From a virus (Duplodnaviria > Caudoviricetes), in IMG/VR virus record IMGVR_UViG_3300027805_000006: DNA of 64,000 nucleotides, one strand, 5' to 3'. Each line of letters opens with the position of its first letter. The stretch's first letter is position 1. Of the stretch, positions 55,247-63,161 are shown in pieces. The position numbers and the translations under genes are program-made. The notes beneath the pieces are model-generated. The model was given only the letters and a program-made list of their open reading frames with translations, ran no database searches and was not told the DNA's origin.

Positions 55247-56443
55247 TTATTGATTATGCTCTGCTAAAAATTTCCCAGCGGTGCGTAGTGATTGAATAAT
55301 GACTGCCCACATATCAAGATATTGAAATGTACCGCATCGCCCAATGAATGTCACTCCCCTTTTATTTTCTGCCATATCGACATATCGATTGTAGAGGGCA
55401 CGATGGGGACAGTCCTTTTCTGTTGTCTTTACGGGGTAGTACCGCTCCAAAGAGTTGTCACGGTAATCACAGGGCTCCTCTACAGTTAGAGTTGTCCAGT
55501 GGGGGTTATCTCCGTGCGACGGCAAGTTTTTCCATTCTGTAACTCGCGTATGAGGACCAGAATGGGTAAAATTTAAAACTGATGTGCTTAGCACCCGTGG
55601 TAGTGGTACAGAGTACGTGTTCATCTTAACCGATCGCCAAGGTAGTTCTCCTAAAGAACAATCGAAATACATATCAATTGGTTCAGAAGTAAAAATGTGC
55701 TTAAATTCCTCTTTTTTCTGCACTTCGTCTCTTGAGCAGTTTAACTGTACGCTAATGTTTTCGTGATCTAAAATACGACGGAACATTTCAGTGTAACCAT
55801 CTTTTGGCAGAAACTGGTACTTATCTTTTGGAAAATAGAGATAACTACGTGTTTCAACGTTTGTTGGAATCCTTGCCGCAACTGAGGCAGGCAGTTCTTC
55901 AAGTTCTAGCCCCCACATCTTCTTCGTGTAAGGCGCAAAAAAGAGATCACATAGTTCTTTTCCAACTGAGTTTTCAACGTGCTGACGGCTGTTGGTTACG
56001 GTTGGGTGGTGCTCAACCAACGTCTCAAGGAAGGCTGCATGCGAGCCCTTCTTGTAGTCGATCATAGCACCTTCTGCATCGTAGTCGATCTGGTCGTTGC
56101 GATCTGCCCAGACATCGAACTGATCAACGAAGACTTCCTCGATGGTATCGTGGTTGATGGGTAGAGGAACACACGTACCATTTGGCAGAAGAGCCTCAAC
56201 CTCGTGCTTGTACTCAACCCAATCAGTAAAGCGTGATGCCCATTTCTGCACATCGTCGTTGGACGTGTGCCATAGATGGGGGCCATACTTATGAACGCGG
56301 ATGCCGTGCTCATTCACGTAGTCATATGCATTTCCAGCGATATGGTCACGCTTGTCAATAACAAGCACCTTTTCACCAGCCTCAGCCAGTTCTCGTGCAA
56401 CAGTAGCACCCGCAAATCCAGCGCCGACAATTAAAATTCTCAT
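55247..56443 (-). CDS. glf: UDP-galactopyranose mutase
   Basis: GAGFAGA, IAGNAYD, HKYGPH.WHT, PYT.KMWG, RYYP, GR...YLDM. Confidence 0.92.
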   Translation of the reverse strand: MRILIVGAGFAGATVARELAEAGEKVLVIDKRDHIAGNAYDYVNEHGIRVHKYGPHLWHTSNDDVQKWASRFTDWVEYKHEVEALLPNGTCVPLPINHDTIEEVFVDQFDVWADRNDQIDYDAEGAMIDYKKGSHAAFLETLVEHHPTVTNSRQHVENSVGKELCDLFFAPYTKKMWGLELEELPASVAARIPTNVETRSYLYFPKDKYQFLPKDGYTEMFRRILDHENISVQLNCSRDEVQKKEEFKHIFTSEPIDMYFDCSLGELPWRSVKMNTYSVPLPRVLSTSVLNFTHSGPHTRVTEWKNLPSHGDNPHWTTLTVEEPCDYRDNSLERYYPVKTTEKDCPHRALYNRYVDMAENKRGVTFIGRCGTFQYLDMWAVIIQSLRTAGKFLAEHNQ

Positions 56444-56467
56444 TTGAATTATCCTTAGTTACAAGAT

Positions 56468-56704
56468 TTAAATATCCTCTACAGCATACTCAATTTCTTC
56501 GGATGAAACTGGAGACTTTAGAATTACGCTTAGAACGGTGTGAATTGACTTTGCTACCGCCAGCTCGCCTTGGTCCTCGCGAAACTGCCGCAGAACATCT
56601 AGGTTGTACGTAATAAGCGGAACATCAGGCTTATCGTGCAGGAAGAAGGAAAGAACTTCCTGTCCGTCTTGATTAGAAACCTGCTTAAAAAATCGATAGT
56701 TCAT
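56468..56704 (-). CDS. hypothetical protein
   Basis: ATGA-coupled between the GT-like gene and glf. Confidence 0.6.
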   Translation of the reverse strand: MNYRFFKQVSNQDGQEVLSFFLHDKPDVPLITYNLDVLRQFREDQGELAVAKSIHTVLSVILKSPVSSEEIEYAVEDI

Positions 56705-57867
56705 TTTTGAGCCTCCAGTACTGCTTTGATTTCTTGCTGCTGAACGTTCTTGTCCAGCGGGTGAATTGAATAGATTGCCTGCTTTTGTGCATCAGCAATG
56801 TGTGAGAGTTCGCTGTCACTAGCGTGAATAAGGTCAGTCGCCTTTAGATCAATCAGAGGGAAGTCTTTGCCATAATAAACTTCAAGTTCTTTCTTCTCTC
56901 CGATAAGAATACAGTTTGCATCTGCAGTTTGCTGGGGACGTGAACGCCACCACCCGCTGCCAGCGTGTTCATAGCCGGGCATCAGACACGCCCAGTCACG
57001 GTAAAACACCTCGCACATCTGGTCTTCGGTAAGCCGCTTCTGTGTTTCTGCCTTTGAGCCATACAGATCAACTGGCCAGGAACCAATTGTACCTTCCTCA
57101 TCATTCTTAGGATTGCCAGTATATCCCTGCTTCTTTAGCCACTTCTGCGTCTTTGATTGGACCAAACTTGCAAAGTTGAATCGACGCTCCTTCTTTGGTG
57201 CAGGCCCAGCAGTATATGATAGAAGTGATGGCGTAAAGGTTGAGTCTTCTACTCCTTCGTGAAGGAAATCACCTGGCTTGCGGTTGCGGTGATACGGGTT
57301 AGGGTTGAAGGTGTAGATGCGGTCACGCGGGTATTTTACCGCATCAAAGAGCAGGTGCGGACCATAATTCTCAGGATCGTTCAAGTGTGTAGTGTCAAAA
57401 GCACATACCAACATCCGATTCTTTCGAGTGATGATAGTATTAATTGCCTGAAGATAGATCTCCTTGTGCTTAGTGACTTCCTCGATTGTGGTCTTGTTCA
57501 CACCTAATATAAAGTCACAGGACAGTTCTTCCCATTTTTGGCACTTTTCGAGTCCTTTGAACAAATCGGGTGCTTGCCAATCGTCAACCCCAAGAATGCA
57601 ATCAGGACGCTGGCTGATTGCCCACAGTCCTTTAAATGTATGTGTTGCAACCAGTTGGCGAGGACCGGCAATATAAACAATTACTTCATCATATGAGGAG
57701 AGATCTTCACCGATTTCAACCTCACGCTGCTCAACCTGATGCCCCATATCTACAAGCGCATTAAATAGACTGTAATGCGCAGGCACCACCTTTAAATTCA
57801 TTTTGAGATAGTGCTTACGCACACTCTGTGATTTATTCATACCGGTGATCAAGATTTTCTTCTTCAT
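56701..57867 (-). CDS. GT-B fold glycosyltransferase-like protein (candidate DNA glycosyltransferase)
   Basis: KILITG...L.DMGHQV...YDEVIVY N-lobe; WPVDLYG...R.Q.TA.A.CILIG C-lobe reminiscent of T4 beta-glucosyltransferase. Confidence 0.55.
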   Translation of the reverse strand: MKKKILITGMNKSQSVRKHYLKMNLKVVPAHYSLFNALVDMGHQVEQREVEIGEDLSSYDEVIVYIAGPRQLVATHTFKGLWAISQRPDCILGVDDWQAPDLFKGLEKCQKWEELSCDFILGVNKTTIEEVTKHKEIYLQAINTIITRKNRMLVCAFDTTHLNDPENYGPHLLFDAVKYPRDRIYTFNPNPYHRNRKPGDFLHEGVEDSTFTPSLLSYTAGPAPKKERRFNFASLVQSKTQKWLKKQGYTGNPKNDEEGTIGSWPVDLYGSKAETQKRLTEDQMCEVFYRDWACLMPGYEHAGSGWWRSRPQQTADANCILIGEKKELEVYYGKDFPLIDLKATDLIHASDSELSHIADAQKQAIYSIHPLDKNVQQQEIKAVLEAQK

Positions 57868-57987
57868 TTTATTCCTTTAAAGTAAGGGCCCCACACCTAT
57901 ATACCTAGGTATTATACACGTTTTAAAAATTAATACAGAATTTTTTAAAGGTCGAAAAAATGCTCACCCGCCTTGGCTGAAGCATTC

Positions 57988-58206
57988 TTAAAACCTCATC
58001 ACTTCATCTACTACAAGTTTATCTGCCTCTAAGAGTGCAATCTTTTCACTGAGTTCTTCTGGACTTCTGACATATAGAAACTTGTTTGATGCTAGCGTCT
58101 TTTTTGGGTCAGCAGAGCAGTAGATAAATGTCACGTATCCTTGCTGCTTTGCTGTGATGAAATCTTCCTGTAGTGTCTCAGCAGTACTGAGAGATGTAAC
58201 CTTCAC
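57988..58206 (-). CDS. 72-aa ORF, possible glycosyltransferase C-terminal remnant
   Basis: D.K..L....FLYV.S.EEL.EKI..LE.D resembles the T4 BGT C-terminus; GTGA-coupled. Confidence 0.4.
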   Translation of the reverse strand: MKVTSLSTAETLQEDFITAKQQGYVTFIYCSADPKKTLASNKFLYVRSPEELSEKIALLEADKLVVDEVMRF

Positions 58207-58778
58207 GATAGAGCCTCACTCAAGATGACATCCTTGGGCTTGAACCCGCCCAGGGCCGGGTCAGTAACACTAATGATGCGCTTATCACGAATAATGGAGC
58301 GATTAAATGCAGCAACAAATCGATTTTGCTCTTCCATTCGGTCGTCTTCGCCGCCAAGACTTTCGCCATCATCTACAAAGTGCCGAGATACTGAAAAATC
58401 CTCAGTGAGCAGGATTAGGCGAATATCAGCAGAGTCTAGGTGGTGATTTTTTTCAAAGTCAAACACGTAATCACCGCTATAGGCCCTATACATTGGTGAA
58501 TATACTGCCTCACCTAGGTGCCAGCGGTCAAAGATAATTCTGGCACCACTCTTTGCCATGATCATGGAATTCCTAAAACTTTCCTGTTGGTAGTGATATG
58601 ACTGCAGGCTTGTATTTGGAACTCCAGTAATAGGAGAAGAATGTGCATAGGCATTTAACTTCTTTGGCTTACTAAAGTGAATAACTTCGTAATAACCAAG
58701 GGTATTCAAAATACCCTCAATAAGAGAACTTTTTCCAAGGCGGTCGAGGCCTTCAATCGCAAATACGTGCTTCATCAT
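58203..58778 (-). CDS. thymidylate/dNMP kinase-like protein
   Basis: IEGLDRLGKS P-loop; IFDRWHLGE.VY. Confidence 0.85.
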   Translation of the reverse strand: MMKHVFAIEGLDRLGKSSLIEGILNTLGYYEVIHFSKPKKLNAYAHSSPITGVPNTSLQSYHYQQESFRNSMIMAKSGARIIFDRWHLGEAVYSPMYRAYSGDYVFDFEKNHHLDSADIRLILLTEDFSVSRHFVDDGESLGGEDDRMEEQNRFVAAFNRSIIRDKRIISVTDPALGGFKPKDVILSEALS

Positions 58779-59083
58779 ACCTCCAACGTTAGGTCATATT
58801 GACCAGTTTTTGTGTTTAAAACTACACCAGTATCGTCCTCAATGGTGGCATTCAAATCCACATTTGCATTGCTGTCATCTAAGAAGTCACTTCCGAAATC
58901 ATTTTCGATTATGTTGATTAGTTCGAATGCTGCCGTGGAATAAACTGAATTACCCCCTAAGCGAACACTACACACTAATGCAGTGATAAGTTCAAGTTGA
59001 TTTACATTGATTTGAAGTATGATGGAGCCATTCCCAATTACTGGTGCATCATCATCTTCGCTGTATCTTGATGAGATAATCAT
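58775..59083 (-). CDS. hypothetical protein
   Basis: Coupled acidic ORF. Confidence 0.6.
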   Translation of the reverse strand: MIISSRYSEDDDAPVIGNGSIILQINVNQLELITALVCSVRLGGNSVYSTAAFELINIIENDFGSDFLDDSNANVDLNATIEDDTGVVLNTKTGQYDLTLEV

Positions 59084-60204
59084 ATAAATCCAATTCCATT
59101 AGTTTTCTTTTGGTGAAGTTGCGTATTGAAAAGTTCTGCAAGCGTAAATTCGTTTCCATCTGGAAGTTCCTTATCTACGCCAGCTTCTTCATACACCTTC
59201 TTAGATTCATCGCGGGTAAGTGCCCTAAACTGCAGAACGTCAAAGCAACGTCCTTCACGTAGAAGAGCGCTGTCAATGTCCCTGATGTTTGGTAGGTTGG
59301 TTGAGAAGACTAGTTTCTTGTCAGCGGCAGACACAAGACCGTCTGATACATTGAGGAACTTATGCATCATTGAATTGCCATCTTGACGTGCAGAGAGAAA
59401 GGCATCTGCATCTTCCATCACAAGGAAGCTACAATCATCCTCAATAAACCCGGCAAAGAAGTCATCAGTGTTGAGAACCTTTTCATCATAGGCAACCTTA
59501 GCATCTCCGCCGGCTCGATGAATTAAATTCTTAATGAATGTTGTTTTGCCAGTGCCTGGCTGACCAATAAGAATTAAAACGTTTGCACTTGAATTTAGGA
59601 AATCTTCAATATACTCATTTAGCCCCTTGTTTAACCAAGGATAGGCGCTCTTTAACGCAGGGCGGTAGTTCAGCGGGACGGAAGTGCTATCACCACGTGC
59701 ATTATACACCCACTCGATCAGGTTCTCAGCACGCTTAAACTTATTATCAAAGTACTTTTCCCATTCTGAGCAAAAGGCTACACTTCCAACAAGATTTACA
59801 TCAATCTTTCCTTTTGCAGAATTCACAGTAAGAAGCCCATCATCATACTGCACAACAACCTTTGTGCTGTGGAAGAAGGTAAATGCCTCAAACTTCATAT
59901 CCACAACCCACTTGTTGAGCCTAAACTCAACAGGTGTAATCCAAGTGCAAGAAACATCTAGCGTCTGCACCTTGGATAAGAAACGGTTGCGCAGAAAATC
60001 TGCAAATACCCAGTCCTCTGAGCCATATACTCCCAGGACTACTTCTGGGCGAGCGATTTCTTGTTTGAACATATGAACATCCTCAAATATATTATGTGTA
60101 TGATGGTTTAGTTTTCGGCGCCGCATTTGTTTTACACTCCGTTTAATTGTACTTCTTCTTTTCCTAGAAAGTTTTGATATAAGCGAATTAATTGAATCAC
60201 TCAT
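59080..60204 (-). CDS. AAA+ ATPase (BCS1-like)
   Basis: GQPGTGKT, LVMEDAD, STN, D.ALLR.GRCFD; alternative start at 60072. Confidence 0.85.
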   Translation of the reverse strand: MSDSINSLISKLSRKRRSTIKRSVKQMRRRKLNHHTHNIFEDVHMFKQEIARPEVVLGVYGSEDWVFADFLRNRFLSKVQTLDVSCTWITPVEFRLNKWVVDMKFEAFTFFHSTKVVVQYDDGLLTVNSAKGKIDVNLVGSVAFCSEWEKYFDNKFKRAENLIEWVYNARGDSTSVPLNYRPALKSAYPWLNKGLNEYIEDFLNSSANVLILIGQPGTGKTTFIKNLIHRAGGDAKVAYDEKVLNTDDFFAGFIEDDCSFLVMEDADAFLSARQDGNSMMHKFLNVSDGLVSAADKKLVFSTNLPNIRDIDSALLREGRCFDVLQFRALTRDESKKVYEEAGVDKELPDGNEFTLAELFNTQLHQKKTNGIGFI

Positions 60205-60213
60205 TTGGGCACC

Positions 60214-61965
60214 TTATAATGTCATTTCTTTTAGTGATGACTTAAAAAGAGTTTGAAATTCATTTGACCACTCATTTGTTTTTGCTGTCCATACTCTCTG
60301 AACCGCACTATCTAGAATGTACGTAGTTGCCCAATCCTCCTGACTTCTGACCGACCGACCTGCACCTTGTACGACCTTCATCAGTGCCTGCAGTTGGTAG
60401 ATATCTGGAAAGTTATCTAAAATTGTTTGAATTCTTTTGTCACCAAGAGATGCATAAGGCATTTTAACTAAAACTTGAAACCTGCTCAAATCTCCTGGCA
60501 GGTCGATGCCTTCAAAACCAGAAGGAGTAACCAACACTGCTGGACCTTTAGAGTGCTGCTTGAAGTCTGCTAGAATAGTTGCTAACTTTTCTCCACGTAC
60601 GTGCTCAAATATCTTGAAGTTTCCTTTTTCTTTTCTAAGTGAAGCGCAGACTGTTTCAGTCACTACGAAACTTGGGGTTAGGATAATTCCTCTTTCTTCT
60701 TTCTCAGTGTGGTGCTTTACAATCTCTGTCACAGTCCTGCTGAGTTTAGTGACAGTTTCAGTTTCCTGCATGCTTCGATAGTTAAGAGACTGTGGCTTGT
60801 AGAAGATAACCTTCTTGTTTTCGGGTAGAAACTGGGGGTCAAGACGGATATGCTTCGTCTTGCCTGGAAGTGTCATTGTGCGTTTTGCAAACTGCTCGCT
60901 GATAGTAGCAGACATTAACAGATTATGTTCAGCGTTATCAAGCACTTCAAACATATCTCCAATGAAGATGGGCTTTACGTGTATTTCATTTTCACTTTGA
61001 CGTGCAGAAGGATCTTTCTTCTTGTACTCAAACACGTGAGGGTACTGAAAGGTAAAGAGGTCATCAATCTTGCAGCCAAAATTATAGTACTTCTTTGCAA
61101 GTTTCTGCAGTTTTAGGTACTTAGATGCATTGCGAATATTTCTATCTGCATTTGACTTAGCTGTTTCACTAATAAGGTTATAAACCTCAAGCAGCTGCTT
61201 TAACCAAGTTGAGTAATTTTGCTCAGTGATTTGCCCTTTTATGAGTGCATCGCGCATCACCTTTAAGTCCCTGAAGATGTCGGTATTACCAAGCGAAAGA
61301 TTATCATTTACCTCATCGGCACATTGCGCCAACCGCTTCTCAGAAATATAGATGGCATTGTGGTCAGTAAAAAGGTCATTCAGCAGGTGTGCCTCGTCAA
61401 ACACAGCAACGGTGCGCCGGGGTAGAGGTGCCTGCGCGTACATCCTATCAATAAAGTAGAAGGCATAGTTCGTAATCAAATGACGAGAAGTTGCCTTTAG
61501 GGCACGTGCCTTTGCATACTCGCATGAATTGCAGTAGGTATCAATAAAGTTCTGCATTCCATTTTTTCTAAAGAGTGTGATTGCACAATTTTCGGCAGTT
61601 TGTGGCTCGTCGTCGGTGCTTAGAGCGCTGCACTCATAGTTTGCTGCACCTTTCAGGAGAAGAAAGGTATTGTCACCTGCCTTCTCAGCAAAGGTCTGAT
61701 GGTACTGGTCAAGCAGAACATTTGTTGCAGAGAGCAAAAATGATGCATTCTCCCTCGTTGCTGGATTTTTGATGCTGTGAATAACTTCAGCAGCAACCGT
61801 TCCAATAATTGACTTTCCAGTTCCCGTTGGTGCCGATAGCACCACGTTCTTTGCCTCTTCTTCTAGGAAGGCTTCACAAATTCTAGATACGTGATTTACC
61901 TGATTATCCCTCGGTGTAAATCCAAATTTACTAAATGCTTCTTCAATTTGCTTCTGATATGACAT
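60214..61965 (-). CDS. DinG/YoaA-family SF2 helicase
   Basis: APTGTGKS, DEAH, EGIDLPG, KMPY, QGAGRSVRS..D; Cys cluster C...C...C..C. Confidence 0.9.
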   Translation of the reverse strand: MSYQKQIEEAFSKFGFTPRDNQVNHVSRICEAFLEEEAKNVVLSAPTGTGKSIIGTVAAEVIHSIKNPATRENASFLLSATNVLLDQYHQTFAEKAGDNTFLLLKGAANYECSALSTDDEPQTAENCAITLFRKNGMQNFIDTYCNSCEYAKARALKATSRHLITNYAFYFIDRMYAQAPLPRRTVAVFDEAHLLNDLFTDHNAIYISEKRLAQCADEVNDNLSLGNTDIFRDLKVMRDALIKGQITEQNYSTWLKQLLEVYNLISETAKSNADRNIRNASKYLKLQKLAKKYYNFGCKIDDLFTFQYPHVFEYKKKDPSARQSENEIHVKPIFIGDMFEVLDNAEHNLLMSATISEQFAKRTMTLPGKTKHIRLDPQFLPENKKVIFYKPQSLNYRSMQETETVTKLSRTVTEIVKHHTEKEERGIILTPSFVVTETVCASLRKEKGNFKIFEHVRGEKLATILADFKQHSKGPAVLVTPSGFEGIDLPGDLSRFQVLVKMPYASLGDKRIQTILDNFPDIYQLQALMKVVQGAGRSVRSQEDWATTYILDSAVQRVWTAKTNEWSNEFQTLFKSSLKEMTL

Positions 61966-62942
61966 TAATTCTTCCTTGGTAGAAAGATCTTTGCACTCTC
62001 TTCTTCATCGCCACCAAAAAAAGCCTTTACCAAAGATTTCCAATATGGTGAAAGATTGTGAAAATCATTGATGCTTTCAAAATTAAATTTTTCTGGATAA
62101 CCACAGTCTCGCCAGCCGCTCTCAATATTTGCGAGCGTTGCTGCGATTGTCTCATCAAACTTATCCATCTCAATCATAGAAACTTCAGAGGTGCTTTCAT
62201 CAGCAATTACCTTATCTGCCATTTCATAGTGCCGTGAATAGAGATGCATCGAGCCGGCGTTATGGAAGTAATAGCCAAGTTGAAGGTCTGGGTATACCTC
62301 CCTAAGTTGTAGCATCATACATTCTTGCAGCATAGTAAATTGGAAAACATCATTCGTAAAACCCAAAATTACGTCATTGCTGCGCATATTGACAATTAGA
62401 TGTAGTTTATCTTCTCGAATAAACCACTGCAGCGTCAGTGTGCAGGCTACATCCTTATTTCCAGCGTGGCGGTCAGTAGGCAGATGAATGTTCATAACTG
62501 CCTGGCGGCTATCTTTATCAGCAGTTAGGATGTTAATAGTTTGGTGCCATTGATTAATCTTGTTTTCGCCGAAGTAGAGAGCCGGTAGAATTGAATGACC
62601 AAACATACGGTGACCGTAGTTTGAATTCACGGTGCCAGCAGGATAGTTGTCTTGATTTCCAGAGTTGATGATACCTTCCCAAAATTTTGCATATGGCACA
62701 ATTCCATCCACCGTATTTTTACCAGTAAGATACCAAATAAACTCACCTAGCAGATACTTTACATTTGTCTTTCTTGCAGGAAAAGTAACTACTCGATTTC
62801 GAGGGTCAGTAAGGGTAATATTGTAGTTGAGCAACTCGCGGGTTTCTGAACCGCGCGGGTTAGAAACCATGCCATTTTCTCTCAGGTTGAAAAGGCACGC
62901 CCGGAAATCACTGTTGAGGCGGAAGGATGGTGTATTTTCCAT
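61965..62942 (-). CDS. gp42: thymidylate-synthase-fold dCMP hydroxymethylase/hydroxylase (T4 gp42-like)
   Basis: NSNYG, D..SRQA, DVACT (catalytic Cys), MRSNDVILGFTND (Asp at the dCMP-specificity position), GSMHLY. Confidence 0.8.
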   Translation of the reverse strand: MENTPSFRLNSDFRACLFNLRENGMVSNPRGSETRELLNYNITLTDPRNRVVTFPARKTNVKYLLGEFIWYLTGKNTVDGIVPYAKFWEGIINSGNQDNYPAGTVNSNYGHRMFGHSILPALYFGENKINQWHQTINILTADKDSRQAVMNIHLPTDRHAGNKDVACTLTLQWFIREDKLHLIVNMRSNDVILGFTNDVFQFTMLQECMMLQLREVYPDLQLGYYFHNAGSMHLYSRHYEMADKVIADESTSEVSMIEMDKFDETIAATLANIESGWRDCGYPEKFNFESINDFHNLSPYWKSLVKAFFGGDEEESAKIFLPRKN

Positions 62943-63012
62943 TTGTATTTCTCCTTATAAGGATAAGTAAATTATACACTGGTTTTTAGTATATTTGACC
63001 TACTTTTACAGG

Positions 63013-63049
63013 AAGAATAAAAAGTAGGGAACCATATTGGTTCCCTACT
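63013..63049 (-). terminator. intrinsic terminator
   Basis: 12-bp stem AGTAGGGAACCA-TAT-TGGTTCCCTACT with U-tract on the minus strand. Confidence 0.8.
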
Positions 63050-63120
63050 AAACGGGTCTAAAGAGACAGACACCGTGCAACTGAAATTTCATTTTATACT
63101 CAAAAAGATGGGGTAACCAC

Positions 63121-63128
63121 CATAAATA
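63121..63128 (+). promoter_or_regulatory. late promoter CATAAATA
   Basis: One of at least 13 NTAAATA motifs upstream of late genes. Confidence 0.7.
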
Positions 63129-63161
63129 GGTTAAGCACAACCTGATAACAGGATAATTGAT

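Noticed and set aside
61965-62942. 5-hmU / hypermodified thymine pathway (SPO1, phiW-14 or ViI type)
   Set aside because: The specificity position is Asp, a normal thyA is present, and no 5-hmdU kinase or pyrophosphorylase was recognised.
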